From the NCBI GenBank assembly GCA_041666745.1, contig JBAYGI010000003.1, positions 12,782 to 76,781 on the forward strand: DNA of 64,000 bases. The letters are read 5' to 3'. The stretch comes from Candidatus Magasanikiibacteriota bacterium. GTDB taxonomy: Bacteria > Patescibacteriota > Patescibacteriia > Magasanikbacterales > GWA2-37-8. Below the pieces are notes generated by a model, which saw only the letters and a program-made list of their open reading frames with translations, made no database searches and had not been told where the DNA came from. Shown piece by piece: positions 48,777-59,393 of this stretch (the stretch's first letter is position 1; every line of letters starts with the position of its first letter). A program made the translations under genes and the position numbers.

Positions 48777-49766
48777 TTATGAATTATCTTTTTTGTTTTC
48801 TTTTACTTGTTGATCTATCCATCTATATAATTTTTCCATACCAACTTTTAAAGGTTGAGATGGCGCCCAATCAAGCTTTTCCCTAATTAAATTATTGTCA
48901 GAATTTCGGCCACGTACTCCCGTAAATCCTTCAACATGATTAATATTTAATTTTTTACCAGCAATATCCATCACCATATCCGCCAAATCATTTACTGAAA
49001 TCATTTCTTCGGAACCAATATTCATCGGACCAACAAATTCTGAATCCATGAAACGACGAATAGCTTCAAGACATTCATCGATATACAAAAATGAACGGGT
49101 TTGCAGGCCATCACCCCAAACTTCAATAGTACCACCGTCAATGGCTTCAGCAACTTTACGAGAAATGGCCGCGGGAAATTTTTCTTTACCATTATTCCAA
49201 GTACCTTCTGGCCCGAAGATATTATGAAAACGAGCAATCCTGACATTCAGGCCGTAATTACGCGCATACGACAAATACATACGTTCACTAAACAATTTTT
49301 CCCAACCATATTCACTGTCAGGGGCAGCCGGATAAGCAGAAGCTTCAGAACATTTTGGATTATTTGGATCCATTTGATTATACTCAGGATAAATACAAGC
49401 AGAGGATGAATAAAATATCTTCTTGACCCCTACTTTATGGGCTCGATCAACTATATTTAAATTGATGGTGGCGGAGTTATGCATAACATCGGCATCATGT
49501 AATCCAGAAAATATATAACCAGCGCCGCCCATATCAGCGGCTAGCTGATAAACTTCGTCAAATGGCAAATCTAATATTTTTTCAACTACGAGTTGATTCC
49601 TCAAATCCCCAATGACAAATTCGTCAGCGACAGTCGGTGAAAATTCTGGTTTTTTTAAATCTACTCCCCTTACCCAAAAACCCTCTTTCTTTAACTTTTC
49701 TACCAAGTGACTGCCGATAAAACCACCGGCACCACAAACCAAGGCTTTTTTATCCATATGATACAA
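48777..49766 (-). CDS. GDP-mannose 3,5-epimerase-like SDR
   Basis: 329 aa; GAGGFIGSHL...VRGVDLKKPEF...EFVIGDLR parallels the GME N-terminal pattern. Confidence 0.55.
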   Translation of the reverse strand: MYHMDKKALVCGAGGFIGSHLVEKLKKEGFWVRGVDLKKPEFSPTVADEFVIGDLRNQLVVEKILDLPFDEVYQLAADMGGAGYIFSGLHDADVMHNSATINLNIVDRAHKVGVKKIFYSSSACIYPEYNQMDPNNPKCSEASAYPAAPDSEYGWEKLFSERMYLSYARNYGLNVRIARFHNIFGPEGTWNNGKEKFPAAISRKVAEAIDGGTIEVWGDGLQTRSFLYIDECLEAIRRFMDSEFVGPMNIGSEEMISVNDLADMVMDIAGKKLNINHVEGFTGVRGRNSDNNLIREKLDWAPSQPLKVGMEKLYRWIDQQVKENKKDNS

Positions 49767-49843
49767 AATAACACTTAATTAGATATATAGATTAACATAT
49801 GCTGACAATGTTGGCAATGAATAATTTGGAGATTAAAAGCACG

Positions 49844-50572
49844 TCAGACGGCAGTCTTAACGAACCAAAAACAACCGCAACCATAGTGTTCTTTATCGGC
49901 CTGTTCCTTGGAGGCTTGACTAATCATAATACCATTATTTTCTGGAATAAGTGTGAATTCTTTTAAGGAAAGTTTTGAAAAATAACCAACTATTTGCTCA
50001 TAAGAATAAATACGGTGGGCGTTGTATTCTATTCTCGGTTGGCCAACAGGAACGACAAAAAATATATTTCCACCCGTGGCCAAAACTCGGCATAACTCAC
50101 CGATAGCTTTCAAGTCAGCTTCCGAGTCTATCTCTTCTCCATAACGACCAAGCCCAACATGCTCTACCACATGCATACAGGACAGACTATTAATACTAGC
50201 GTCTTTAAACGGCAAGTTCAATAAATCTGCTCGCTCGCTAGTCAAATTGGAAAGCGATAACTCTGCCGGACGATAATCATAAAATTTTACCGGAACGAAT
50301 GCGGAAACAATTCCCGAAAAATACAAACTAGAAGAGATGTCAGTGTGAAATGCCGGCTTAGTCTCCGCCAATTTTCTTGCCGCCCATGCTGTGTGATATA
50401 CATAATGTCTATCAAATCCAGTTTTAATAGTTTTGTCAGTAACACAAGGATAAGAATCTTTAAGCGACAACTTAAATCTGGATTTTTTGATTAAAATTTT
50501 AAAACGCCAATAATCACCTAATATAAATGGCGTTAAAATATATCGTGTAGCCTTTTTAATAAGTTTTCTCAT
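49844..50572 (-). CDS. Putative class I SAM-dependent methyltransferase (DUF268-like)
   Basis: 242 aa; LATGGNIFFVVPVG motif; weak. Confidence 0.35.
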   Translation of the reverse strand: MRKLIKKATRYILTPFILGDYWRFKILIKKSRFKLSLKDSYPCVTDKTIKTGFDRHYVYHTAWAARKLAETKPAFHTDISSSLYFSGIVSAFVPVKFYDYRPAELSLSNLTSERADLLNLPFKDASINSLSCMHVVEHVGLGRYGEEIDSEADLKAIGELCRVLATGGNIFFVVPVGQPRIEYNAHRIYSYEQIVGYFSKLSLKEFTLIPENNGIMISQASKEQADKEHYGCGCFWFVKTAV

Positions 50573-50595
50573 AAATTATAGTAAATGAAAAGTTT

Positions 50596-51642
50596 TTACT
50601 TAAACTTGCGATGTAGAAGTGGAAAATTTTTAATCTTTTTTACAACACTTTTAAACCAAACAAACAGCCGATACCACCACAAATTATTTCGCCACTGTCC
50701 TTTTTTTATTTTTTTTTCATCATATCCAGCCTCCAAGCTAAGACTAAAATATTTTTCATAAATCAACAGTAAATCTTTCGCTTGTTTTTCTAAACTTAAA
50801 TTCTCTACAATATATTGACGGGGAGAAAATCGATTCCAAGTAGTTTCCATAACATCGACGGCAACGCCTAACTGGCCAACCTCTTTTATTTTTACACCGC
50901 ATCGACTATCAAAATATGGAGCACTGGAGGTATTTACAAAATCATTCTCTTCTTTATTAAAAATAGCCATTTCCTTTTTGCTTGCCAACCAATGACCAAT
51001 ATTTTTTATATCCCACACCAACATCGGTATATTACTAGACAATGCTTCTTGTAAGGCTATCCCCTGACTTTCCTGTCGTCCAATCCAAACAATATACTTG
51101 GCCTCTTCCAATAGTTGTTTATAATCAGACTCTATATAATGGTTATAAACAATTTTTTTATATAAAATTTTTCTCTTAGTCAATTCCTGTTCTACGATTT
51201 GTAATTCTTCTGGAAAGCGCTGTTTAAAATAAATTAGCACAATCTTCTTCTCTTTAGCTGACGGAACAAACCCTGAAGTATCAATACCGACAGGCCACAC
51301 CGCAATCGGGCAACGGTTGAAACCAGTTTTTATCCAAAAATCTTTTGCCCAATCAGACGGATGTAGCCAAATTACACGAGATAAATCAACGGTCCGTGGA
51401 ACATGCCTTGGTAAAATAAATAAATTTGGACCGGCCACCACCTTTATCTCTGAAGGAAGATCCTTAACCTTAGTTAAGGCGTAAACATCGTCATGAATCC
51501 ACAAACGCTGACAAGCATCCAATCTTTGATTAATAACATAAGGATACTTTAAAATATCCAAACCCTTAATTAAATTTCTCACCACTTTTTGCGGACCACT
51601 CACACTACTAGATAAATATGATTTAGAAATGATGTTTATCAT
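50596..51642 (-). CDS. Hypothetical protein, possibly GT-B fold glycosyltransferase
   Basis: 348 aa; weak E-x7-E-like C-terminal region (QEALSSNIPMLVWD). Confidence 0.3.
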   Translation of the reverse strand: MINIISKSYLSSSVSGPQKVVRNLIKGLDILKYPYVINQRLDACQRLWIHDDVYALTKVKDLPSEIKVVAGPNLFILPRHVPRTVDLSRVIWLHPSDWAKDFWIKTGFNRCPIAVWPVGIDTSGFVPSAKEKKIVLIYFKQRFPEELQIVEQELTKRKILYKKIVYNHYIESDYKQLLEEAKYIVWIGRQESQGIALQEALSSNIPMLVWDIKNIGHWLASKKEMAIFNKEENDFVNTSSAPYFDSRCGVKIKEVGQLGVAVDVMETTWNRFSPRQYIVENLSLEKQAKDLLLIYEKYFSLSLEAGYDEKKIKKGQWRNNLWWYRLFVWFKSVVKKIKNFPLLHRKFK

Positions 51643-51659
51643 AACTCCTCATTATATAT

Positions 51660-52460
51660 TTAACCATTATTTATAGACACATATTTTCCTTTGTGAAAAA
51701 CAGATTGTATCTGATACTTTTCTTCAAGTTTTGCATCAACCAACACTATTTTATCCAAAACATTGTGCCTCCTATATACAATATTATTTTCCGCCACATG
51801 TATTGGTTTTCCACCAGAGCTTAGCCCGTTCCCATCTACCCTGAAAATACCAGCACTATTCTTGGCTAACACAAATTTATCGGAAACTTTTGCAGCACGC
51901 ACGCACCAATCAAAATCACCGACTATTTTGAGTTGTTCATCAAATGGACCGACTCGGTTGTATAAATCTTTAGTGAACATAAAAAATGGACCACAGCGCA
52001 TAGATCTGGTAAATTCACGTTTATCATATTTAACCGATCGATCAAACCTAAATTTTACTGGCAATGACCAATTTTTAATATTCAAATACCAGATTATCAA
52101 AAAAGGGAAATAAACTAAATCTACCCCTTGTTTGAAAAGCTCAGCCGCCTCTACAATTGCTTTTGGGTTACGCCTATCATCCACATTCCAGAATCCTACA
52201 GCCTCGCCTTTGGCCAATTCAACCCCTCTATTCCAAGTAGCATAAAGTGTCTCACGAGGAACACTCACAAAATTAAACCATTTTTCTTGTTTAAACAGTT
52301 CACCGAAAGTTTTTTCCGCTTCGGTAGGATCGTTGGCGATAGCGATCAACTCAAAATCAACATTGTGATCAATTAAATATTTTGCTACCTTTACTAATCT
52401 TTTACTAAATTTATCCAAGTAACGATCTGTTCTATATAGTGATGTAACTATGCTAATCAT
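51660..52460 (-). CDS. GT-A fold glycosyltransferase-like protein
   Basis: 266 aa; N-terminal ISIVTSLYRTDRYL and downstream acidic motifs. Confidence 0.45.
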   Translation of the reverse strand: MISIVTSLYRTDRYLDKFSKRLVKVAKYLIDHNVDFELIAIANDPTEAEKTFGELFKQEKWFNFVSVPRETLYATWNRGVELAKGEAVGFWNVDDRRNPKAIVEAAELFKQGVDLVYFPFLIIWYLNIKNWSLPVKFRFDRSVKYDKREFTRSMRCGPFFMFTKDLYNRVGPFDEQLKIVGDFDWCVRAAKVSDKFVLAKNSAGIFRVDGNGLSSGGKPIHVAENNIVYRRHNVLDKIVLVDAKLEEKYQIQSVFHKGKYVSINNG

Positions 52461-52465
52461 AATTA

Positions 52466-53302
52466 TTATTTTAATTCACTTAATAATTTTATTTTCTCTT
52501 TTTGATAATTTTTTTCGATACTCTCTAGAGTGATATCATTCTCTAGTTCAAATAATTTAACATATACCATAAACCTAAAAAAGGCATACTCAAGAGCAAC
52601 GATTAGTCCTCTCATACCACATTTATAACTGTATTTATAATACACTACAAAATATCTAAGCATTGCACCTAACATATAGGACAAACTAAATTTATCTCCT
52701 GCTTCAAATTTTTGATGTGCTTCAATTTGTGCATAGCGCCAGTGATTTCCTAAAAATTTATCTAAATTATAAAGACTAAAATGACGAATAGCATTCTCTT
52801 GCTTATCATCCAAATAAACAATCTCAGTTTGTTTGCCCAAATATTTACCCATACCGTGAATGCGGTTATTAGAAAAATCTACCACTTCTTTTCTAAAAAA
52901 ATTAGGATAAAAACATTTGTTCATCAACTTATTTGTAACACCCAAAAGATACGTATAGATTGGAATAAATACATATTTTTTATTATCCTGAAATGATATT
53001 TCTACCATTTTTTCTAATAGCTGCTTGGGAAATATATAATCAGCAAAACCCCAAAGAATCCAATCGTTTGCAGCAATTGATTTAATAAAATCAAAAGTCT
53101 CTTGATTTTCTACATCTAATTTCCCAGTTTTTGGTCTGACAAAATATTTTGCTCCTGATTCTTCTGATATCTTTTTGGTATTATCAGTACTACCATCATC
53201 CAATATTAAAACCTCGCCATAATTTAATAAATTTTCAATTACATATTTTATCCTTTTTTCCTCATTGTAAGTAAAAATGATAAAAGATATTTTTCCTTTC
53301 AT
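52466..53302 (-). CDS. GT2 glycosyltransferase
   Basis: 278 aa; SFIIFTYNEE ... LILDDGSTDNT. Confidence 0.75.
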   Translation of the reverse strand: MKGKISFIIFTYNEEKRIKYVIENLLNYGEVLILDDGSTDNTKKISEESGAKYFVRPKTGKLDVENQETFDFIKSIAANDWILWGFADYIFPKQLLEKMVEISFQDNKKYVFIPIYTYLLGVTNKLMNKCFYPNFFRKEVVDFSNNRIHGMGKYLGKQTEIVYLDDKQENAIRHFSLYNLDKFLGNHWRYAQIEAHQKFEAGDKFSLSYMLGAMLRYFVVYYKYSYKCGMRGLIVALEYAFFRFMVYVKLFELENDITLESIEKNYQKEKIKLLSELK

Positions 53303-53314
53303 AAAGTTAAAAAA

Positions 53315-55978
53315 TTATTTTATAAATAGCATTATACTTGCGTCGCCGATAACTTTTTGAAATTTGGAATTCAAAATTTTTAGCACCTGAACATTATCAT
53401 AGTCTTGAATAACAAAAACTTTTATCTGTTGGTCGCTATTAATATAATCTAACAGCCGATTAAATTGATATATAAAAAACAGATCAATTGCTGATGGTAA
53501 ATCAATTGCACACACGGTATTTGTTTCGTCGTAATACATTCCATCATATGCACCTGCCAAAATTAAAATACGTTCTCCAGGAATTGTATGTTGTTTGATA
53601 AAATTAATATTTTTTACAACATCTAAATTGTCCGGTAAAGTAAGATCCTGAAATGTTCTGTGCGTATTGTAGATAAAAAATTTTGTATTATAAGCCATAT
53701 CAAATACTGGTAGAACCAAAACATAGGCTAGCGCAATAATAACAAAATATAGGCCAACATTTATTTTAGTTCCAAGAGCGGTATAATTTCGAAGTGCGAT
53801 AACAAGATCATCAAGAAACATTGGTAGAATTAAAAATACAACAAATGATGGAGCAACTAATGTCAAACTGTGCGAACGACCTTCAAAATAAGCAAACAAT
53901 CCAGTGCCTATTATCGATAAAATAAAATATAGCGGCCCTTTTATATTTTCTGATTTCTGTACCAAACATATTATCGAAAATAAAAGAGAGATAAGATAGA
54001 CTAAAACGACCAGATACCATATGTGGGGGAAAATTGGCAATGGAATTAAGAAATAACCCGCATAAAACATTTTTGAATATTGAAAAAATAAATTAATATT
54101 AGGTATACTGCCAGAATAAAATATGTAATAAAAAGAAAATAAGGACAAACCCAACAACAAAGAAGCAACACCGATTAAAATGTGTTTGCAAATTGATTTA
54201 TATATATCTGCTAATTTTTTGCTTTCCCTTTTCCAAACTTCTAGATAAAGTAAAAATAGATTCCACGAAATAAAAACGACTATGCCGGAATCAAAGTTCC
54301 AAAATATTGCTAGAGTGGCTATAAAATGACCCAATGCGTATAAATATCGGTTGGGCTTTTTTAAATATTTAACTGAAATAAATAATATAGCGGATGGAAA
54401 TAACATTCGTATAGGCAAATACTGAAGATACTGATTGTAGATTCCATCTTTGAACATGTGTGAAAAGTTTGAATAGCCCAAAACACTTATAATTCCTAAC
54501 AAAGAAAAAATTTTTCTTTTGATACTACTATTCAAAAAATAAAATAAGCACAAATAACAAATCAATACTAAAATACACATCACAAACGTAAATTTAGTTA
54601 CTCCAACACCTATTAAATTAAAGACTGGTTTTAAAATAAGTGGAAATAAGCCATATAGACTTGGTACTTGTTGAATCAATATTTTACCATGGGCAATTTG
54701 AGTTTGAGGAAAATAGACTGGATCAAAATGATAATAATCTAAATTTCCTGCTAATGATGAAATATTAAAAAAAACTGTAAACACTAAAAGTATCACAAAT
54801 TCGATAGTTAACACTAAGGAAAGTATTTTTTGATATCTATCTTTAACCATCAAATGGACAACTAAAGGAAAAACTATGAAAGAATATGCTACAAATCCAA
54901 AAATAGAACTCGTGAGTGAAAACTTCGTATAAAAAAAGTCGCTCATTGACAAGCCGAGATAAATGAGTGAAGGCAGTCCTAAGATGGTAACTAAGGCTAA
55001 AAAAGAATTGACTTTACCAATTATTTTTTTTGATAAATTTTTTAATAATTTATTGGATAAATAATAATTAATTATTAAAAAAAACGGAGAAGCCAAGACA
55101 CACAATAAATATTGAAACTGCTCTATCGGCTTAGGAATAAAAGCAATGATGATAGAATCTAAATATATTTTTTTAGCTTGACTGATAATATTCGAAATGT
55201 CAGGATGAAAAAAAGTATTGATTAAATACGCCAAAAAAAATTCCGAAGTAATTGTAAAAAATATTGTAAGATATACTGCTTGATAATTATGCTGTTTTTC
55301 GTTCTTTTCTAAACCTTCTTCAGTAAACGTACCAATTCTAATATAGAATAAATAATATAAATATATTAAAAATAACCAAATAGAAATAGCCAACGACGGC
55401 CAAATTGCTTGCCCTAAAGTATTGCTGGTCAAATAACTGTCCCCTTTCCAATTTATTAATGATTTAAAAAAAACGTTTTTTACTGGAATTTTACTTCTTT
55501 CCAGAGACAATATGAAAGGTGAGGCTAAAATTATATTATTTTCTCCAATTCCTACATATCCAAAAGTAGACGACGTAACGTCTATCCACTTTTCCAACAA
55601 ATCACTTCGTGTATATTGAAAATCTTTTTCCCCTATAGATACAAGGACATCCTTAATTTTAGACAGATGAGAAGCATCAATTACCAATGCTACTCTTTCA
55701 ACAAAAACACCGCCGATCTCCCATGTGCTTGTACTAACAAAATTCATTCCTGTGTTATTGTGAGCTCTTGCCAATTTAGCTACAGGATTAAAATATCCTT
55801 TATTCTCACCGCTTGCATTTATAGTTACTTTAATATTTGCCAATGGTTCACGACTACTTACCGTCATAATACCTTTACCAGCGGTGATAATTACTAAAAA
55901 GAAAAAAATTAATAATGGAAAAAAAATAATATTTTTTTTGAAAATTTCAAACAAATTATTCATTTTAAAATCTTTCAT
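53315..55978 (-). CDS. Large polytopic membrane protein, paralog A (candidate GT-C-type glycan polymerase/transferase)
   Basis: 887 aa; N-terminal anchor plus ~150-aa extracytoplasmic domain, more than 14 TM helices, C-terminal soluble domain; motif FPQTQIAHGK..QQVPSLYGLFPLILKPVF shared with paralog B. Confidence 0.6.
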   Translation of the reverse strand: MKDFKMNNLFEIFKKNIIFFPLLIFFFLVIITAGKGIMTVSSREPLANIKVTINASGENKGYFNPVAKLARAHNNTGMNFVSTSTWEIGGVFVERVALVIDASHLSKIKDVLVSIGEKDFQYTRSDLLEKWIDVTSSTFGYVGIGENNIILASPFILSLERSKIPVKNVFFKSLINWKGDSYLTSNTLGQAIWPSLAISIWLFLIYLYYLFYIRIGTFTEEGLEKNEKQHNYQAVYLTIFFTITSEFFLAYLINTFFHPDISNIISQAKKIYLDSIIIAFIPKPIEQFQYLLCVLASPFFLIINYYLSNKLLKNLSKKIIGKVNSFLALVTILGLPSLIYLGLSMSDFFYTKFSLTSSIFGFVAYSFIVFPLVVHLMVKDRYQKILSLVLTIEFVILLVFTVFFNISSLAGNLDYYHFDPVYFPQTQIAHGKILIQQVPSLYGLFPLILKPVFNLIGVGVTKFTFVMCILVLICYLCLFYFLNSSIKRKIFSLLGIISVLGYSNFSHMFKDGIYNQYLQYLPIRMLFPSAILFISVKYLKKPNRYLYALGHFIATLAIFWNFDSGIVVFISWNLFLLYLEVWKRESKKLADIYKSICKHILIGVASLLLGLSLFSFYYIFYSGSIPNINLFFQYSKMFYAGYFLIPLPIFPHIWYLVVLVYLISLLFSIICLVQKSENIKGPLYFILSIIGTGLFAYFEGRSHSLTLVAPSFVVFLILPMFLDDLVIALRNYTALGTKINVGLYFVIIALAYVLVLPVFDMAYNTKFFIYNTHRTFQDLTLPDNLDVVKNINFIKQHTIPGERILILAGAYDGMYYDETNTVCAIDLPSAIDLFFIYQFNRLLDYINSDQQIKVFVIQDYDNVQVLKILNSKFQKVIGDASIMLFIK

Positions 55979-56011
55979 AATATTATTAAAAATATTTTTA
56001 CTATTTAAAAA

Positions 56012-58681
56012 TTAGTTTTCAAATAATATCATACCCGTACCGGTGACTTCTTTTTTAAATTTGGTATTTAAAATTTTTAAAATTTTTTCGTCGTTGTAAT
56101 CAGAATTAACGAAAATCTTTGATTTATTACCAGCGTCGAGATAATTCAATAGCAAATTATACTGATATTTAAAATTCCAATCCACTACAGATGGAAAATC
56201 AATTGCGCAGACTGTGTTTGTTTCACCATAATAAGTAGCGTCATAAGCGGCTTCTGGGGTAGCTAGTATTAAAATTCGCTCACCCGCTATTGTGTGATGT
56301 TTAATAAAATTAATATTTTTATTGATATTCTGATTAACTGGGTAATACAATTCCTTGTATGATTGGATGGAATTACTAATAAAATATTTAATATTTACTA
56401 TAATATTTACTGACGGTAATAACAAGAAAAATAATAGGATGGAGGTTATAAAACACGAATATACCACAATGTACTTATCAGTTTTTTTAAGAGAATACAC
56501 AATTGGTAAGTAATCATCCAACAAAAGAGCTAGTATTAAAATTGAAACAAAAGAAGAATCAAACAAAATAGCATTGAGTGCTCTACCTTGAAAATAAATA
56601 AATGAACCAAATCCTACAATAGACAGGATAAAATATAGTGGCGCTTTACTGTCATCCTTGTTTTTAATGACACAGATAAGAGACATCAACAACGACAACG
56701 TATAGATAAAAATTATTAAATGCCACATGTTTGGAAAAATCGGCAATGGATTCATACTAAAACCATTGTAAAACTCTTTTGAATATTGAAAAAACAAACT
56801 AATATCCGGCAAACCACCAAAGTGATATATATAATAAAATGACAACAACACCAAACCAGTCAACAAGAAACCGATACCACGTAACACGTGCTTACAAACG
56901 GACTTTATTACATCTAAAGACTTTTTATCTCCCCTTTTCAGTATTTCTAAATAAAGCAAAAATAAATTCCACGATATAAAAACGACTAAACCGGAATCAA
57001 AATTCCAAAATATTGCCACTGTTGCAACAAAATGACCTATACCATACAAACTCCTATTGGGATTTTTTAAATATTTAGCAGAAATAAACAATATTAGACT
57101 AGGAAATATTATGCGAATAGGCAGATGCTGGTAATTGATCTTATAGTTGAGACCAGCGGCCATTTGAGGAAGATGAAAATAATTTATAATATTTAACACG
57201 CCTAATAGTGGAATAATTTTATTATTAGTGGAAATTTTTAAAAATAATAAAATGAGAAAATAACAGCTGAAGATTATCACACCCATGACAATAGTAAATT
57301 TAAAAATTCCTAAACCTATAATGTCAAAAACAGGTTTTAAAATAAGCGGAAACAAACCATACAAACTAGGTACTTGCTGAATTATAGTTTTACCTTGAGC
57401 AATTTGTGTCTGGGGAAAATAGACAGCATCAAGATGGTGGGCATCATAACTTCCAACTGGTGACGATATAGCAAAAATAACAACAGAAAACAAAACAAAG
57501 GCCAATAAAACAGACAGAGTATTATAAACCCATCCCTGATATTTATTTTTTATAAGAAAATAAGAAAAAATAGGAAAAATTAAAAAAGCATAAACAGAAA
57601 ATCCAAAAACAGAATTTAATAAAGGAGGTACATAAAGAAAATTCCACATCGATAAAGATAAATAAATATAGGATGGCAAACCAATAAAAGTGCCAACTAC
57701 TAATAAAATATTTATTATATGCAATTTGTTGAGTAAAAATCGATTAACTATTTTTACGGATAAATAATAATTCACTAATAAAAGAAATGGTAAAAACATG
57801 ACACCTAGGATATATTGCAGGTTCTCTGTTGGTTTAGGAGTAAAACTTAAAACTATCTTATCTAGATATATTTCTTTGGCTTGATTAATTATATTTAAAA
57901 TGTTTGGATGATAAGAAAGTTTAATTAAACACATCAATAAATATTCGCTAATAAACGTAAAAAATAGAACGACATAGAATACAGTAAAATCAAATTGTAT
58001 TTGTTTAATATTTCGCCCTTCACTGGTCGGCGATAATGTTTCTGTATATACCAAAACAATAATATAAAAAAGGTACAGGAAAAAAGAGATAATAATAGAT
58101 GGCAACACCGCTTGTAGAACAGTGTTGTATGTTAAATATTTATCACCACGCCAGTTAATTATGGAACTAAAAAAATCTTTCTTTACAGGGATTTTGCTAC
58201 GTTCTAAAGCAAGAGCATATGGTGATGCTAAAGTGATTGCACTGTTGTCCATAGCAACTGAACCAAATGATTCAGAAGTGACTCTTTCCCATTGAGAGAG
58301 CAACTCATCTTGACTATAAATAAAATTTTTATCATCAATAGCGACAGTAACTTCCTTTATTTCTGATAATTGAGACCGGCTGAACGCTAAGGCGATTCGT
58401 TTTACAAAAACTGCGTTGACTTGCCAAGTGTTGACACCAGTTTTAATCAATTTAATGTTATTACCGGCCCTAACTAGTTTTGCCGCCACATCAAAATCAA
58501 CTGGTTTATTATCGTTAGTATTAATAATTACCTGTACATTTGCTAACGGCTCACGACTGCTGACTATTTTTAAACATTTACCGACAGAAACTACCGACCA
58601 GAAAAAAATAAATAACAGAAAAAACAATTTTAAATTTTTTTTAAAATATAATATTATTTTCTGTAAAATATTTCTATCCAT
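56012..58681 (-). CDS. Large polytopic membrane protein, paralog B (tandem duplicate of 53315-55978)
   Basis: 889 aa; same architecture and multiple conserved blocks (SSREPLAN, SLERSKIPVK, HxDxVYFPQTQIA). Confidence 0.6.
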   Translation of the reverse strand: MDRNILQKIILYFKKNLKLFFLLFIFFWSVVSVGKCLKIVSSREPLANVQVIINTNDNKPVDFDVAAKLVRAGNNIKLIKTGVNTWQVNAVFVKRIALAFSRSQLSEIKEVTVAIDDKNFIYSQDELLSQWERVTSESFGSVAMDNSAITLASPYALALERSKIPVKKDFFSSIINWRGDKYLTYNTVLQAVLPSIIISFFLYLFYIIVLVYTETLSPTSEGRNIKQIQFDFTVFYVVLFFTFISEYLLMCLIKLSYHPNILNIINQAKEIYLDKIVLSFTPKPTENLQYILGVMFLPFLLLVNYYLSVKIVNRFLLNKLHIINILLVVGTFIGLPSYIYLSLSMWNFLYVPPLLNSVFGFSVYAFLIFPIFSYFLIKNKYQGWVYNTLSVLLAFVLFSVVIFAISSPVGSYDAHHLDAVYFPQTQIAQGKTIIQQVPSLYGLFPLILKPVFDIIGLGIFKFTIVMGVIIFSCYFLILLFLKISTNNKIIPLLGVLNIINYFHLPQMAAGLNYKINYQHLPIRIIFPSLILFISAKYLKNPNRSLYGIGHFVATVAIFWNFDSGLVVFISWNLFLLYLEILKRGDKKSLDVIKSVCKHVLRGIGFLLTGLVLLSFYYIYHFGGLPDISLFFQYSKEFYNGFSMNPLPIFPNMWHLIIFIYTLSLLMSLICVIKNKDDSKAPLYFILSIVGFGSFIYFQGRALNAILFDSSFVSILILALLLDDYLPIVYSLKKTDKYIVVYSCFITSILLFFLLLPSVNIIVNIKYFISNSIQSYKELYYPVNQNINKNINFIKHHTIAGERILILATPEAAYDATYYGETNTVCAIDFPSVVDWNFKYQYNLLLNYLDAGNKSKIFVNSDYNDEKILKILNTKFKKEVTGTGMILFEN

Positions 58682-58693
58682 ACCTATGGCTTT

Positions 58694-59392
58694 TTATTTA
58701 CTAAAACGCAATTTAATTATTGTATAAATATAAGATAAAATGAAAACAAATAAATTTCTTTTGGTTTTACCAAAAATTCTCTGCTTAAAACAATACGGCA
58801 ACTCTAATATCTTTAAGTCACTTTTATTTCTTTTTAATTTTAAAAATATTTCTTCTACAATATCAAAATTATTACATTTCAAAACTATTTTTTTTAATTG
58901 ATCAGTGTGATACAGTTTAAAGCTGTTTGAAACGTCTTTGCACTTTAAATTTAAGACTACGGAATATATAACGTTTAGTATCAAACTCATTATTATTAAA
59001 ACCTTGTTGTTTTCAGTTTTTCCTCCAGTCACATAACGTGAAGCAACTACGACATCGTAATTAGACCGACTGGCAAATAAATCTACAATAAATTCTGGGG
59101 TATGAGAACCATCTGCGTCCATAAATATAATATTTTTACCGAGCGCCAATTTAATACCAGTTCTTACAGCATCACCATAATTATTGCCTCCCTCTCTATT
59201 GATATATTTAACCACATTCTCTTCACAAACACTCTCAGTCTTATCCATAGGTCGCTGAGTATCTACGACAATAATTTCGTAAGGTACTAACAATTTTTCT
59301 ACTGCAAGATGAATACGTGGTAATAATAGTTTTAAATTGTCTTCTTCTTGATAGGCAGGAAGAATAATACTTAATATAATATTTTGGGTCAT
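58694..59392 (-). CDS. GT2 polyprenyl-phosphate glycosyltransferase (GtrB/ArnC-like)
   Basis: 232 aa; ILPAYQEEDN ... IVVDT ... DADGSH. Confidence 0.75.
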   Translation of the reverse strand: MTQNIILSIILPAYQEEDNLKLLLPRIHLAVEKLLVPYEIIVVDTQRPMDKTESVCEENVVKYINREGGNNYGDAVRTGIKLALGKNIIFMDADGSHTPEFIVDLFASRSNYDVVVASRYVTGGKTENNKVLIIMSLILNVIYSVVLNLKCKDVSNSFKLYHTDQLKKIVLKCNNFDIVEEIFLKLKRNKSDLKILELPYCFKQRIFGKTKRNLFVFILSYIYTIIKLRFSK

Positions 59393-59393
59393 A

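Noticed and set aside
50690-50716. T-rich homopolymer runs as phase-variation tracts
   Set aside because: A/T runs of this length are common by chance in a 33% GC genome and lie inside a coding region, unlike the compositionally improbable C9 tract.
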